The notes under the pieces were generated by a model. The model was not told the origin of the DNA. It was given only the letters and a program-made list of their open reading frames with translations, and did no database searches. From Caulobacteraceae bacterium (GTDB lineage Bacteria > Pseudomonadota > Alphaproteobacteria > Caulobacterales > Caulobacteraceae), in assembly GCA_044376615.1 (NCBI GenBank), contig JBILKO010000001.1, positions 6,148 to 70,147 on the forward strand: a stretch of DNA of 64,000 nt, written 5' to 3'. A program made the position numbers and the translations under genes. Positions 50,731 to 61,651 of this stretch are shown here, piece by piece (position 1 is the first letter of the stretch; each line of letters opens with the position of its first letter).

Positions 50731-52100
50731 GCCGCCAGCCAGGCGTCGAGATCAGCCAGGGCACGGACGCTCATTAGCCGCTTCTTGGCGCGGCCGCGTT
50801 CTTTCAGCGGCAATTTGCGGCCCTCATGATCAAATTTTGGTGGCTCGACCGGTGGCAGGAGGCCGTAATTAATATTCATGGGTTGAAAGGCGCCGCCTTC
50901 GAGGTGGCCGCCGGTAATATGGCTGATCAAGGCGCCAAGTGCGGTGGTGGCCGGCGGCGCGTCCAAGGTCCGGCCTAGCGCCTGGGCCGCCGCAAACCGG
51001 CCCGCCATCAGGCCAATGGCGGCGCTTTCGACATAGCCCTCAACCCCGGTGACCTGGCCGGCAAAGCGCAGGCGCGGCTGAACCTTGAGGCGAAGGCTGG
51101 TATCCAGCAGTCGGGGCGAATTGATAAAGGTATTGCGGTGCAGGCCGCCCAGCCGGGCGAACTGGGCATTTTCCAGGCCAGGGATCTGGCGAAACACATC
51201 GGCCTGGACCCCGTGCTTAAGCTTGGTCTGAAAGCCGACCATATTATAGAGAGTGCCCAGGGCATTATCCTGGCGCAGCTGGACAATCGCATAGGGTTTG
51301 ACCAGGGGATCGCGCGGATTGGTCAGGCCAACGGGCTTGAGCGGCCCCCAACGCAGGGTCTCATGCCCGCGCTCGGCCATGACCTCGATCGGCAAACAGC
51401 CGTCAAAATAGGGCACATTTTCCCAGTCCTTGAACGTGGTCTTAGGGCCGTCCAGCAGGGCCTGGATAAAGCCGTCATACTGGTCCTTGGTCATGGGGCA
51501 GTTGATATAGGCGGCCTTGTCGCCGCCGGGGCCTTCCTTGTCATAGCGCGACTGACGCCAGGCAATGTCCATATTGATCGTATCGGCATGGACGATGGGG
51601 GCAATGGCGTCAAAGAAGGACAATTGGCCTTCGCCAGTCAGGTCGAGGATGGCTTGCGACAGTTCAGGCGTCGTCAGGGGGCCGGTGGCGACAATGACGT
51701 TTTGCCAGTCGGAGGGGGGCAGGCCGATCACCTCCTCGCGCACAATCGTGATCAGGGGGTGGGCTTCAAGCCTCGCCGTGACCTCAGCCGAAAACCCCTC
51801 GCGATCGACGGCCAAGGCCCCGCCTGCCGGGACCTGATGCATATCGCCGCTGGCCATGATGACCGAGCCGCAGCGCCGCATTTCGGCATGCAAAAGCCCG
51901 ACCGCATTATGCTCCCAATCATCCGAGCGAAACGAGTTGGAACAGACCAACTCAGCCAGGCCCTGGCCCTGATGCGCCTCAGTGCCGCGATGCGGGCGCA
52001 TTTCGTGCAGGATTACCGGCACGCCCATCTGGGCCGCCTGCCAGGCCGCTTCCGATCCGGCCAGGCCGCCGCCGATAATGTGTAGGGGATCAATAGACAT
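50727..52100 (-). CDS. trmFO: Methylenetetrahydrofolate--tRNA-(uracil-5-)-methyltransferase
   Basis: 457 aa. FAD fold '[14 protein letters not shown]', '[10 protein letters not shown]' and '[15 protein letters not shown]'. Confidence 0.93.
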   Translation of the reverse strand: MSIDPLHIIGGGLAGSEAAWQAAQMGVPVILHEMRPHRGTEAHQGQGLAELVCSNSFRSDDWEHNAVGLLHAEMRRCGSVIMASGDMHQVPAGGALAVDREGFSAEVTARLEAHPLITIVREEVIGLPPSDWQNVIVATGPLTTPELSQAILDLTGEGQLSFFDAIAPIVHADTINMDIAWRQSRYDKEGPGGDKAAYINCPMTKDQYDGFIQALLDGPKTTFKDWENVPYFDGCLPIEVMAERGHETLRWGPLKPVGLTNPRDPLVKPYAIVQLRQDNALGTLYNMVGFQTKLKHGVQADVFRQIPGLENAQFARLGGLHRNTFINSPRLLDTSLRLKVQPRLRFAGQVTGVEGYVESAAIGLMAGRFAAAQALGRTLDAPPATTALGALISHITGGHLEGGAFQPMNINYGLLPPVEPPKFDHEGRKLPLKERGRAKKRLMSVRALADLDAWLAA

Positions 52101-52149
52101 GGCGCGCTTATAGCCGCTAAATCATACTGGTTGAACAGGGGGCTATGGG

Positions 52150-52971
52150 ATGAAGCTGGAATTAGACACGGCCCTGATACGGTCCAGCCTTGGCCATGGC
52201 ATCGCGGTTATGCGCCAGTCTTGGCGGCAGTTTTGGCCGCTGATGCTGATTGTGTCAGCAATAAACTTCACCGGGTCAAGTATAGACAGTCAATTGGCAA
52301 GGCTGATCTGCACGATCCTAGGCGGCCTGCTTACAATCTCACTTTTTGGCGCGCTTTTTCGCATTGCCGATCCTAGCCGCGACCTGGCTCACCCAAACCT
52401 TGGGCGGTTTGGGATCCAGTTTAGAGATATCGAAGCACGGCTTTTATGGGCCTATTTGGGCAAGGCCGCCATTTTGGTCTTTATAGGCCTTTTGCTCGTA
52501 GTGTTTAACCTCGTCTTGGCAGCGATCATAGCCTATGGGCGTGGACATGAACTGACGCTGGCAAACCCGTCCGCCTACTGGGTTGAGCTTGGGCCATTGG
52601 GCCTTTGCGTCTTGGCCATAACCATCATCATTTCGACCTTGTACATTATGTGGTTGTCAATTCGGCTTTACCTCGTCGAACCAGCAAGCGCGTATGGTCG
52701 CGAGCCACAGATTCTATCGACGCTCCCGCTTACCAGAGGCAGTCTATACAGTTTAGGGTTAGCTATCGGGGTAGTCTGGGTCGGCTATCTTATCGCTCTA
52801 ATTGCGAGCGGCGGCATTGGGTACAGTGTCCCGAGCTCGCTTATGAAATACGCACTCATGTGCGTTCTTGAATCGGCTCTGATCTTTGTCCTCGTTCCGT
52901 TTGACATCGGCATAAAGGCGGCTCTTTACCGCTCGCTCAAAGCGCGACATAACCCGGTGGAAGACCCGTAA
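52150..52971 (+). CDS. Hypothetical polytopic membrane protein (paralogue of the next gene)
   Basis: 273 aa, about 6 TM helices. It shares order and short motifs with the 52996 gene ('GALFRI'/'GAVFRI', 'IRLYLVEP'/'VRLSLCGP'). Confidence 0.6.
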   Translation: MKLELDTALIRSSLGHGIAVMRQSWRQFWPLMLIVSAINFTGSSIDSQLARLICTILGGLLTISLFGALFRIADPSRDLAHPNLGRFGIQFRDIEARLLWAYLGKAAILVFIGLLLVVFNLVLAAIIAYGRGHELTLANPSAYWVELGPLGLCVLAITIIISTLYIMWLSIRLYLVEPASAYGREPQILSTLPLTRGSLYSLGLAIGVVWVGYLIALIASGGIGYSVPSSLMKYALMCVLESALIFVLVPFDIGIKAALYRSLKARHNPVEDP

Positions 52972-52995
52972 GACTCGGGCGAAAAGGACTAGGCC

Positions 52996-53910
52996 ATGGC
53001 TGCGTTTTCTCCCACCGATGTTGCCTTTGAAGGCTTTCGCATCACGCGTGAGCGGCCCATAACGGTCGCGATCTGGACTGGCTTTTATCTCGTGGTCAGC
53101 CTGGCCATGGCCATCCTAATGATCGCCACGGTCGGCCCAGAATTTAACGCGCTTGAACAGGCGGCCAAGCATGGCGGTGACCCTCAACAGTCGATAGAGA
53201 CCCTGCAAAAACTGTTGCCCTTTTATGCCATCGCCTTTCCGGTCGGCATTAGTGTGATGTCGATCTTTGCCGGGGCAGTTTTCCGCATTGTGCTGGGGCG
53301 GCCCGGCGGTGTGGCCGGACATCTGGCTTTTGGTGAGGATGAGTTTCGGCTGATCGCCATGAGCCTAATCGTCAGTGTCCTGATGTTACTCGCCCTGTTC
53401 GTGATCATGTTGGCGGTTGGGATATTGGCTGGGATTGGTGCCACGATCAGCCCTGCTGCAGGCGGATTGATCGGTGTGGTCAGTGGCATTGCGGCCTTTT
53501 GTGGCATGTTGTGGGTGACGGTACGCCTGTCTCTCTGCGGGCCCATGACCTTTGCCGAGCGCAAGATTGTTATCTTCCGTGCCTGGACCGTGTCTCGCGG
53601 TCATTTTTGGCAATTGCTCGGCTCCTATGCCCTGGCCATGGGTATGGGCATTGTCGCCGCCTTGATGGCCTTTATCGTCTTTGTCGCCTTGGCGGGTGTG
53701 CTGGTGGTCGCGACCGGCGGCACAATCGCCGATATCGGTGCCCTGTTTCGCCCAGACTTTACGTCAATCGCCTCGTTCTTCACCCCGGCCATGATCCTTT
53801 ATCAGGTGTTTGGCGCCGTGATTACCGCCATCTACTACGCCGTCATCCTGGCCCCCCAGGCCATGGCCTATGTCGCCCTAACCGATTATGCGGGCGACAC
53901 CGAAGGCTAG
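52996..53910 (+). CDS. Hypothetical polytopic membrane protein
   Basis: 304 aa, about 6-7 TM helices. The N-terminal 'FEGFRITRERP' amphipathic segment precedes the first TM. Confidence 0.65.
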   Translation: MAAFSPTDVAFEGFRITRERPITVAIWTGFYLVVSLAMAILMIATVGPEFNALEQAAKHGGDPQQSIETLQKLLPFYAIAFPVGISVMSIFAGAVFRIVLGRPGGVAGHLAFGEDEFRLIAMSLIVSVLMLLALFVIMLAVGILAGIGATISPAAGGLIGVVSGIAAFCGMLWVTVRLSLCGPMTFAERKIVIFRAWTVSRGHFWQLLGSYALAMGMGIVAALMAFIVFVALAGVLVVATGGTIADIGALFRPDFTSIASFFTPAMILYQVFGAVITAIYYAVILAPQAMAYVALTDYAGDTEG

Positions 53911-54518
53911 GCGTTCGCGCTTGGCCTTGCGCTTACAGCGGCGTGCCAGCGGCCTAAGCGCTCCAGGCCACCTGGCATAGGCAGGCCAATCCAGGCGGCG
54001 AAATCGATCGTTGTCAGGGCGGCAATATCGGCCATGCTAAAACTATTGCCGACCATATAGTCATGGCCTTCTAATTCGCGGTCCAGCCAGGTCATGACTC
54101 GCTCGGCGGTCTCGCGGTTAGACTCGCCAAATTCCTTGTACTGGGTCAGCAGCTTGGCCGTATAGGGGTGGGCGTGACGCCAAAACATGCCGACCGGGGT
54201 CATGAGTTGAAACTCGATCCGGCGAATGGCCATATCGATCTGGGCCGCCTCAAGCGGGCTTGTGCCAAACAGCGGCTTATCGGGATAAACCGCCTCGAGA
54301 TAGCGGCATATGGAGACGGTTTCAGCAATTACCGTGCCGTCATCCAATTCCAGGATCGGGATCTGGCCGAGCGAATTCTTAGCCTTGAACTCGGGCGTCT
54401 TATGTTCGCCCCGCATCATATTGACCGGGATTTCCGGCAAATCGATGCCCTTTTCGGCGAGAAAGATCCGCACGCGGCGAGGATTGGGAGCTGGGTTTGG
54501 CGCGCCATAGAGTTTCAT
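53907..54518 (-). CDS. Glutathione S-transferase
   Basis: 203 aa. N-terminal thioredoxin-like 'PNPRRVRIFLAEKG' and 'LGQIPILELDDG...ETVSICRYLE'. Confidence 0.88.
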   Translation of the reverse strand: MKLYGAPNPAPNPRRVRIFLAEKGIDLPEIPVNMMRGEHKTPEFKAKNSLGQIPILELDDGTVIAETVSICRYLEAVYPDKPLFGTSPLEAAQIDMAIRRIEFQLMTPVGMFWRHAHPYTAKLLTQYKEFGESNRETAERVMTWLDRELEGHDYMVGNSFSMADIAALTTIDFAAWIGLPMPGGLERLGRWHAAVSARPSANA

Positions 54519-54544
54519 TTTGGTGTCCTCATATCTGTGGGGTT

Positions 54545-54653
54545 AGGCCCCCTCCACCGCTGCGCGGTCCCCCTCCCCCAAGGGGGGAGGATTACATATG
54601 ACTAATTCTTCCCCCACTGGGGGAAGTACCCGCGAAGCGGGGGTAGGGGGCCT
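54545..54653. repeat. 109-bp MITE/REP-like element bounded by perfect 9-bp terminal inverted repeats
   Basis: AGGCCCCCT (54545-54553) pairs with AGGGGGCCT (54645-54653). Internal hairpins include CTTCCCCC-ACT-GGGGGAAG (54608-54626), and the core is AT-rich. The element abuts the uvrA stop codon. Confidence 0.65.
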
Positions 54654-57559
54654 CAGGCCCGCTTGGTTTTCAGCGCCTTGACCCTGTCCTTGCGCCGGGC
54701 CTCATGGCGATCCAGAATCTCAGCGAGATACTTGCCCGTCCAGCTGTCCTTGGACTTGGCCACATCTTCAGGGGTGCCGCTGGCCACGATCAGGCCGCCA
54801 CCATCGCCGCCTTCGGGGCCAAAATCGACCAGCCAGTCGGCGGTCTTGACGACATCGAGATTGTGCTCAATCACCACCACCGTATTGCCCTGATCGACCA
54901 GCTCGTGCAGCACTTCGAGCAGCTTCCGGGTGTCTTCAAAATGCAAACCCGTGGTCGGCTCATCTAGGATATAGAGCGTCCTTCCCGTGGCGCGGCGTGA
55001 CAATTCTTTGGACAGCTTGACCCTCTGGGCCTCACCGCCAGACAGGGTCGTCGCCGACTGGCCAACCTTGACATAGGATAGGCCAACCCGCGTCAGGGTC
55101 TGCATCTTGTCACGCACTGCGGGCACAGCCTTGAAAAAGCTGGCGGCTTCTTCGACGGTCATGTCCAGAATATCGGCGATCGACTGACCCTTGAACAGGA
55201 TCTCAAGCGTTTCGCGATTATAGCGCCGCCCCTTACAAATATCGCAGGTGACATAGACATCGGGCAGGAAGTGCATCTCGATCTTGATCAGGCCATCGCC
55301 CTGACACGCCTCGCAGCGCCCGCCCTTGACGTTAAAACTGAACCGGCCGGGGCCATAGCCGCGGGCCTTGGCCTCTGGCAATTGGGCAAACCAGTCGCGG
55401 ATCGGCTGAAACGCGCCAGTATAGGTGGCAGGGTTGGAGCGCGGCGTGCGGCCAATCGGTGACTGGTCGATATCTATCACCTTGTCGAAAAACTCCAGCC
55501 CCTCAATCTTGTCATGCGAGGCCGGGCCTTCGCTGGCATTGTTTAGACGCCGTGCCGCGGCCTTATACAGGGTCTCGATGGTAAAGGTCGATTTACCGCC
55601 GCCAGAGACGCCAGTAATGCAGGTAAAGACCCCGACCGGGATCTCGCCATTAATATTGCGCAGATTATTGCCGCGCGCCCCGATGACCTTGACCATCTTC
55701 TTGCGATTGATCGGGCGACGGCTGTCGGGCAGGGCAATTTCGCGGCTGCCGACCAGGTATTGGCCGGTCAAGCTATCGACATTGTCCATGATCGCTTGGG
55801 GCGGGCCTTCGGCGACAATATGGCCGCCATGAATACCGGCCGCTGGTCCCATATCGATCACATGGTCGGCGGTCAGGATGGCCTCTTCGTCATGCTCAAC
55901 CACCAACACCGAATTGCCCAGATCGCGCAGGCCCCTAAGGCTTTGAAGCAGGCGGGTATTGTCCCTCTGGTGCAGGCCAATGGAGGGCTCGTCTAGCACA
56001 TAAAGCACGCCGGTCAGGCCCGACCCGATCTGGCTAGCCAGGCGGATGCGCTGGCTCTCGCCGCCCGACAGGGTGCCCGAGCGCCGCGATAGGTTCAGAT
56101 AGTCCAGACCGACATCGACCAGGAATCGCAGCCGGTCATTGATCTCTTTCAAGATCCTGCGGCCAATCTCCATCTGCTTGGGTGTCAATTGCGCTTCGAG
56201 ACTGTCAAACCATTCGCCGGCCTTGCGGATGGCCAGTTCCGAGACCTCACCGACATGTTTGCCGGCAATCTTGACCGCCAGGGCCTCGGGCTTGAGCCTA
56301 TAGCCATCGCAGTCTTCGCAAGGGGTTTCGGACTGATAGCGCGACAGCTCTTCGCGCACCCAGGCGCTGTCGGTTTCGCGCAGCCGCCGGGCCATATTGG
56401 TCACCACGCCCTCAAACGGCTTGGTCACATCATAGCGGCGCGAGCCATCATCATAGGCGAACTTGATCTTGGTGGTGCCAGTCCCGGCCAGGATGATCTT
56501 CTTGGCCTCAGGCGGTAAGTCGCGCCAAGGCTTATCCATCGAAAACCCATAGTGCAGGGCCAGGGCCTGCAGCGTCTGGGTATAGAAGGGTGAGGGGCTC
56601 TTGGCCCAGGGCGCGATCGCGCCGTGATGCAGGTCCTTGTCCGGATCTGGGATCACCAGCTCGGCATCAAAGGTCAGCTTGACGCCCAGCCCGTCACAGG
56701 CCGGGCAGGCCCCGAACGGGTTATTGAAGGAAAACAGCCTTGGCTCGATCTCGCTGATCGTAAAGCCTGAGACTGGACAGGCGAACTTTTGCGAAAATAG
56801 CAACCGCTTGGGTCCTTTTTCACCGGGCGCGGCCTCCGCCCATTCGGCCACGGCAATACCATCGGCCAGGCGCAGGGCCGTCTCGAGCGAATCCGCCAGG
56901 CGCTGTTCTTGCCCGGCCTTGACCACGATCCGGTCGACGACCACGTCAATATCGTGTTTCAGCTTCTTATCGAGGCTCGGCGCCTCTTCGATCGGATAAA
57001 ACTCACCGTCGATCTTCAGGCGCTGAAAGCCTTGACGCTGCAGGTCGGCAATTTCCTTGCGATACTCACCCTTGCGGCCCCGGATCATGGGGGCGAGCAA
57101 TAAGAGCCGGGTGCCCTCGGGCAAGGCGACAATCTTATCGACCATCATGCTGACGGTCTGGCTCTCAATAGGCAGGCCGGTTGCGGGGGAATAGGGCGTG
57201 CCGACCCGCGCCCAGAGCAGGCGCATATAGTCGTGGATTTCGGTCACCGTGCCGACGGTCGAGCGCGGGTTTTTCGAGGTGGTCTTTTGCTCGATCGAAA
57301 TGGCGGGAGACAGGCCCTCGATCAAATCCACATCCGGCTTGCCCATCAGCTCCAAGAACTGGCGGGCATAGGCCGACAGGCTCTCGACATAGCGCCTCTG
57401 GCCCTCAGCATAGATGGTGTCAAAGGCCAGTGAGCTCTTGCCCGACCCCGATAGGCCGGTCAGAACCACCAGCTGACCGCGAGGGATATCTACATTTATG
57501 TCTTTAAGATTGTGCTCGCGGGCGCCGCGGACACGAATAAATTGGCTAGGATCAGACAT
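54653..57559 (-). CDS. uvrA: Excinuclease ABC subunit A
   Basis: 968 aa. Two ABC modules ('[10 protein letters not shown]', 'GVSGGGKST', '[11 protein letters not shown]') and zinc modules ('CPACDGLG', 'CEACQGDG'). Confidence 0.97.
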   Translation of the reverse strand: MSDPSQFIRVRGAREHNLKDINVDIPRGQLVVLTGLSGSGKSSLAFDTIYAEGQRRYVESLSAYARQFLELMGKPDVDLIEGLSPAISIEQKTTSKNPRSTVGTVTEIHDYMRLLWARVGTPYSPATGLPIESQTVSMMVDKIVALPEGTRLLLLAPMIRGRKGEYRKEIADLQRQGFQRLKIDGEFYPIEEAPSLDKKLKHDIDVVVDRIVVKAGQEQRLADSLETALRLADGIAVAEWAEAAPGEKGPKRLLFSQKFACPVSGFTISEIEPRLFSFNNPFGACPACDGLGVKLTFDAELVIPDPDKDLHHGAIAPWAKSPSPFYTQTLQALALHYGFSMDKPWRDLPPEAKKIILAGTGTTKIKFAYDDGSRRYDVTKPFEGVVTNMARRLRETDSAWVREELSRYQSETPCEDCDGYRLKPEALAVKIAGKHVGEVSELAIRKAGEWFDSLEAQLTPKQMEIGRRILKEINDRLRFLVDVGLDYLNLSRRSGTLSGGESQRIRLASQIGSGLTGVLYVLDEPSIGLHQRDNTRLLQSLRGLRDLGNSVLVVEHDEEAILTADHVIDMGPAAGIHGGHIVAEGPPQAIMDNVDSLTGQYLVGSREIALPDSRRPINRKKMVKVIGARGNNLRNINGEIPVGVFTCITGVSGGGKSTFTIETLYKAAARRLNNASEGPASHDKIEGLEFFDKVIDIDQSPIGRTPRSNPATYTGAFQPIRDWFAQLPEAKARGYGPGRFSFNVKGGRCEACQGDGLIKIEMHFLPDVYVTCDICKGRRYNRETLEILFKGQSIADILDMTVEEAASFFKAVPAVRDKMQTLTRVGLSYVKVGQSATTLSGGEAQRVKLSKELSRRATGRTLYILDEPTTGLHFEDTRKLLEVLHELVDQGNTVVVIEHNLDVVKTADWLVDFGPEGGDGGGLIVASGTPEDVAKSKDSWTGKYLAEILDRHEARRKDRVKALKTKRA

Positions 57560-57636
57560 TTAGGGGCTCGACACAGGCCGCACACCCAAAGGCAGCCAAG
57601 CGCGTATATCTAGTACCCAGAGTCGGAAAAACAGCA

Positions 57637-57651
57637 AGAACATTATGCGAA
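57637..57651 (-). promoter_or_regulatory. Alphaproteobacterial SOS (LexA) box GTTC-N7-GTTC upstream of uvrA
   Basis: The plus strand reads GAACattatgcGAAC, which is GTTCgcataatGTTC on the uvrA strand. It lies about 80-90 bp upstream of the uvrA ATG. Confidence 0.7.
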
Positions 57652-57656
57652 CAGGC

Positions 57657-58262
57657 TTAAGGCCGAAGCGCTAGGATCGGCCCCCAGCTTAAGCGGTGGG
57701 CTGGGCAGGGTCCAAACGCCTGCAAGGCCTTGGCATGGGCCGGGACTCCATAACCCTTATGGGCGGCAAAGCCATAGTCGGGATAGGCCTCGTGCAGGCT
57801 GCACATAACCCGGTCCCGTGCGACCTTGGCCAGGATAGAGGCGGCAGCAATCGATAGGGACAGGCCATCGCCCTTGACCACGGTGCGGACGGGGCAGGGC
57901 AGGTCAAAAGCATAATTGCCATCGACCAGGGCGATGACGGGGGAAAGGGCCAGGCTCGCCATGGCGCGGCGCATGGCCAGGCCTGTGGCCTGAATGATGT
58001 TCAGCGCGCAGATCTCGTCTGGGCTCGCCTCGCCGACGCCCCAGGCCAGGGCGCTGGTCTTGATCTCGATCTCCAGCCGGTCACGGGCCTTTTCAGTCAG
58101 CTTTTTAGAGTCGTTCAAGCCAATTGGGATGGCATCAGGGTCTAGAATGATCGCCGCGGCGGTTACTGGCCCTGCCCAGGGGCCGCGCCCGGCTTCGTCA
58201 ATACCACAGACCGGATGCGGGCCTTGCGCCTCTAGCGACCAGTCCGGGCCGCCTAGGCGCAT
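57657..58262 (-). CDS. rnhB: Ribonuclease HII
   Basis: 201 aa. '[14 protein letters not shown]' and 'DSKKL' catalytic motifs. Confidence 0.93.
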   Translation of the reverse strand: MRLGGPDWSLEAQGPHPVCGIDEAGRGPWAGPVTAAAIILDPDAIPIGLNDSKKLTEKARDRLEIEIKTSALAWGVGEASPDEICALNIIQATGLAMRRAMASLALSPVIALVDGNYAFDLPCPVRTVVKGDGLSLSIAAASILAKVARDRVMCSLHEAYPDYGFAAHKGYGVPAHAKALQAFGPCPAHRLSWGPILALRP

Positions 58263-58834
58263 TGCGCGTGCCGTGGACAGGTGACCAGGTGATCATTGAC
58301 CATGCCGACGGCCTGCATAAAGGCATAGACGATGACCGGGCCGCAATACTTAAAGCCCTTGGCTTTCAGCGCCTTGGCCATGTCCTGCGCTAGTGGCGTC
58401 TGGGCCGGGACCTCGCTCATGCTTTGCCAGGTGTTCTTGATCGGGGCGCCGCCGACAATGCCCCATAAAAACTGGCTGAAATCCTCGCCGCGATCGCGCA
58501 TATCCAGATAGATCTGGGCGCCCGATATGGCCGCATCAATCTTGCCATTGGACCGAATGATCCCGGCGTCGGCCATCAGGCGCGCGCGGTCTGCCTCGCC
58601 ATAGCGGGCGACTTTTTTGGGGTCAAAACCATCAAACGCGGCGCGGAAATTCTCGCGCTTGCGCAAGATGGTGATCCAGGACAGGCCGGCCTGGAACCCG
58701 TCGAGCACCAGCTTTTCCCACAAGGCGCGGCTGTCCCATTCGGGCACGCCCCATTCGGTGTCGTGATAGGCCTCATAGAGATTATCGCCGATCATGCCGC
58801 GCCAGGCGCAGCGGTGGTGCGTTTCCATCCCCAT
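58253..58834 (-). CDS. tag: DNA-3-methyladenine glycosylase I
   Basis: 'RCAW', 'YHDTEWGVP' and '[23 protein letters not shown]'. It is immediately downstream of the topA stop. Confidence 0.93.
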   Translation of the reverse strand: MGMETHHRCAWRGMIGDNLYEAYHDTEWGVPEWDSRALWEKLVLDGFQAGLSWITILRKRENFRAAFDGFDPKKVARYGEADRARLMADAGIIRSNGKIDAAISGAQIYLDMRDRGEDFSQFLWGIVGGAPIKNTWQSMSEVPAQTPLAQDMAKALKAKGFKYCGPVIVYAFMQAVGMVNDHLVTCPRHAQCA

Positions 58835-61480
58835 CTAGTCCTTGGTTGTAGCCGCCTTTTTGGCTGCGGGTTTCTTGGCCGCTGGCTTTTTGGCAGGGGC
58901 CTTTTTAGCGGCTGGCTTTTTGGCGGCGGCCTTCTCGACCTTGGGCTTGGCCGCAGCCTTGGCCTTGACCGGCTTCTTCTTGCCGCCGCCCTTGGCTTCG
59001 CGCTCGGCGATCAGCGCGACCGCCTGTTCCAGGGTCAGATCGGTTGGTTCCATGCCCTTGGGCACATTGGCATTGGTTGCCTCGTGCTTGATATAGGGGC
59101 CAAACCGGCCAGACAGGATCTTGACCGGCTTGCCAGATTCTGGGTGCAGGCCAAGGTCTTTCAAAGCTGTGGCCTCGGCTCGGCCGCGTCCCTTGCCGCC
59201 GCCTGCACGCTTTTCGGCCAGGACCGTGACGGCGCGGTTGAGGCCGACATCGAACACTTCTTCGGGCGAGTCCAGATTGGCATAGGTGCCTGAATGCTGG
59301 ACATAGGGGCCAAACCGGCCAATCCCGGCCAGGATGATAGCGCCATCGTCTGGGTGATTGCCGACTTCGCGCGGCAGGGACAAAAGCCGGATGGCTTTCT
59401 CCAGATCAATGGCGGCCGGAACCCAGCCCTTGGGCAGGCTGGCGCGCTTTGGCTTATCGCCCTCGGCCATTTCGACATAAGGGCCAAAGCGGCCGATCTT
59501 GAGCCAGACCGCCTGGCCCGTGACCGGATGGGTGCCCAGTTCGCGGTCGCCGCCCTCGGCCCCGTCCTCACCCTCGGCATTGGCCAGGGTGCGGGTAAAG
59601 CGGCATTCAGGATAGTTCGAACAGCCGATAAAGGCCCCAAACTTACCAGTCTTCAGGCTTAGGCGCCCGGTCGCACAGGTCGGGCAGGCGCGGGCATCGG
59701 AGCCGTCTTCCTTGGCTGGGAAGATATGCGGACCCAGCGCCTCATTGAGGGCGTCGAGCACATTGGTGACGCGCAGTTCGCTGATTTCGCCGACTGCGGC
59801 GTGGAAGTCTTTCCAGAAGTCGCGCAGCAGCTGCTTCCATTCCATCTCTCCGGCCGAGACCAGATCGAGCTTTTCCTCCAGCGCGGCGGTAAAGTCATAT
59901 TCGACATAGCGATGGAAGAATTGTTCGAGGAAGGCGGTGACCAGGCGGCCCTTGTCCTCCGGGATAAACCGGTTCTTTTCCATCCGTACATAGGCGCGGT
60001 CCCGCAGCACGGTCAGGATCGAGGCATAGGTTGAGGGTCGGCCAATGCCGAGCTCTTCCATCTTCTTGACCAGGCTGGCTTCGGAATAGCGCGGCGGTGG
60101 TTCGGTAAAGTGCTGGTCAGCGCGGGCCTCGAGCACCTTGGCGGTTGCACCCTCCTTGACCATGGGCAAACGGCCGCCGTCTTCGTCGCCTTCGTCGTCG
60201 CGGCCCTCTTCATAAACAGCCAGATAGCCATCAAACAAAACGACCTGACCGCTGGCGCGCAGGCCGGTCTTGCCATCGGGGCTATCGAGATCGATGCTGG
60301 TACGCTCAATGCGGGCGCTTTCCATCTGGGAGGCGATCATCCGCTTCCAGATCAATTCATAAAGGCGGCCAAGATCGGCCTCGAGCCGCAGTGAGCCGGG
60401 GTTGCGGGCTAGGCTTGTTGGACGAATGGCCTCGTGCGCCTCTTGGGCGTTTTTGGCCTTGGTCTTGTAATAACGAGCGGTCTCGGGGACATAATCCTTG
60501 CCAAACCGGCCCTCGATGACCTGACGCGCCTCGACCAAGGCTTCGGGCGCGGACTGGATACCGTCGGTGCGCATATAGGTGATCAGGCCGACGGTCTCGC
60601 CGCCAATATCAATGCCTTCATAAAGCTTTTGCGCGGCCTGCATGGTGCGTTGGGCCGAGAAACCCAGCTTACGCGAGGCTTCCTGCTGCAAGGTCGAGGT
60701 GGTGAAGGGCGGCGGTGGCGAGCGCTTGCCGGGCTTTTTATCAACCGCTGTAATGGTGAATTGCGAAGCCTGCACGGCCTGGCGTGCGGCTTGTGCTGTG
60801 GCCTCATCGCCCAGATCGAACTTGGTTAGGCGCTTGGCGTCATGTTTGACCAGGCGGGCGGTAAAGGGGTCAGACCCCGCATTGACCGTCGCCTCGACGG
60901 TCCAATACTCCTGGGTCTTAAAGGCCTCGATCTCAATTTCGCGATCAACGACCAGGCGCAGGGCCACGGACTGAACCCGCCCGGCCGAGCGCGAACCCGG
61001 CAGCTTGCGCCAAAGGACCGGCGACAGGGTAAAGCCGACCAGATAGTCCAGGGCGCGCCTGGCCAGATAGGCATCGACCAGTTCCATATCAATATCGCGC
61101 GGCGCCTTCATGGCCTCGGTCACGGCGGTCTTGGTAATGGCGTTAAAGACGACGCGCTGGACCTTGGCGTCTTTCAGCACCTTCTTCTTTTTCAGGACCT
61201 CAAGCACATGCCAGGAAATCGCCTCACCCTCGCGGTCCGGGTCGGTGGCGAGGATCAGGGTGTCGGCCCCCTTCATGGCATCAGCAATATCGGCCAAGCG
61301 TTTGGAGGCGCGGGCGTCGACTTCCCAGCTCATGGAAAAGTCGTCGTCAGGTAGGACTGAACCATCCTTGGAGGGCAGGTCGCGGACGTGCCCATAGCTG
61401 GCCAGAACAATATAGTTCGAGCCCAGATACTTATTGATCGTTTTGGCCTTGGCCGGACTCTCGACGACGACGACGTACAT
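58835..61480 (-). CDS. topA: DNA topoisomerase I
   Basis: 881 aa. TOPRIM 'VVVESPAKAKTI', the active-site Tyr region 'ITYMRTDG', one zinc ribbon 'CPTCATG...CSNYPEC', and a Lys/Ala/Pro-rich C-terminal tail. Confidence 0.97.
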   Translation of the reverse strand: MYVVVVESPAKAKTINKYLGSNYIVLASYGHVRDLPSKDGSVLPDDDFSMSWEVDARASKRLADIADAMKGADTLILATDPDREGEAISWHVLEVLKKKKVLKDAKVQRVVFNAITKTAVTEAMKAPRDIDMELVDAYLARRALDYLVGFTLSPVLWRKLPGSRSAGRVQSVALRLVVDREIEIEAFKTQEYWTVEATVNAGSDPFTARLVKHDAKRLTKFDLGDEATAQAARQAVQASQFTITAVDKKPGKRSPPPPFTTSTLQQEASRKLGFSAQRTMQAAQKLYEGIDIGGETVGLITYMRTDGIQSAPEALVEARQVIEGRFGKDYVPETARYYKTKAKNAQEAHEAIRPTSLARNPGSLRLEADLGRLYELIWKRMIASQMESARIERTSIDLDSPDGKTGLRASGQVVLFDGYLAVYEEGRDDEGDEDGGRLPMVKEGATAKVLEARADQHFTEPPPRYSEASLVKKMEELGIGRPSTYASILTVLRDRAYVRMEKNRFIPEDKGRLVTAFLEQFFHRYVEYDFTAALEEKLDLVSAGEMEWKQLLRDFWKDFHAAVGEISELRVTNVLDALNEALGPHIFPAKEDGSDARACPTCATGRLSLKTGKFGAFIGCSNYPECRFTRTLANAEGEDGAEGGDRELGTHPVTGQAVWLKIGRFGPYVEMAEGDKPKRASLPKGWVPAAIDLEKAIRLLSLPREVGNHPDDGAIILAGIGRFGPYVQHSGTYANLDSPEEVFDVGLNRAVTVLAEKRAGGGKGRGRAEATALKDLGLHPESGKPVKILSGRFGPYIKHEATNANVPKGMEPTDLTLEQAVALIAEREAKGGGKKKPVKAKAAAKPKVEKAAAKKPAAKKAPAKKPAAKKPAAKKAATTKD

Positions 61481-61651
61481 TATGGATCAATCAAATCATT
61501 CAAAAGGGCGCGTCAAGGATGGCCCCGGACGTCGTGCGCGAAAGTGAAGGTTACCGATAGGGCTTGTCAACGCACCATTGAAGGGTTTTGTTGCACCTTT
61601 ATCGTTAGTGTGCTTGTATCACTCACCTTTAGCGCTACTCCAGGCCGCTCT

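Noticed and set aside
51138-52085. 315-aa ORF on the plus strand
   Set aside because: Antisense shadow of trmFO, with an Arg/Gly/Ala-rich translation and no motifs.
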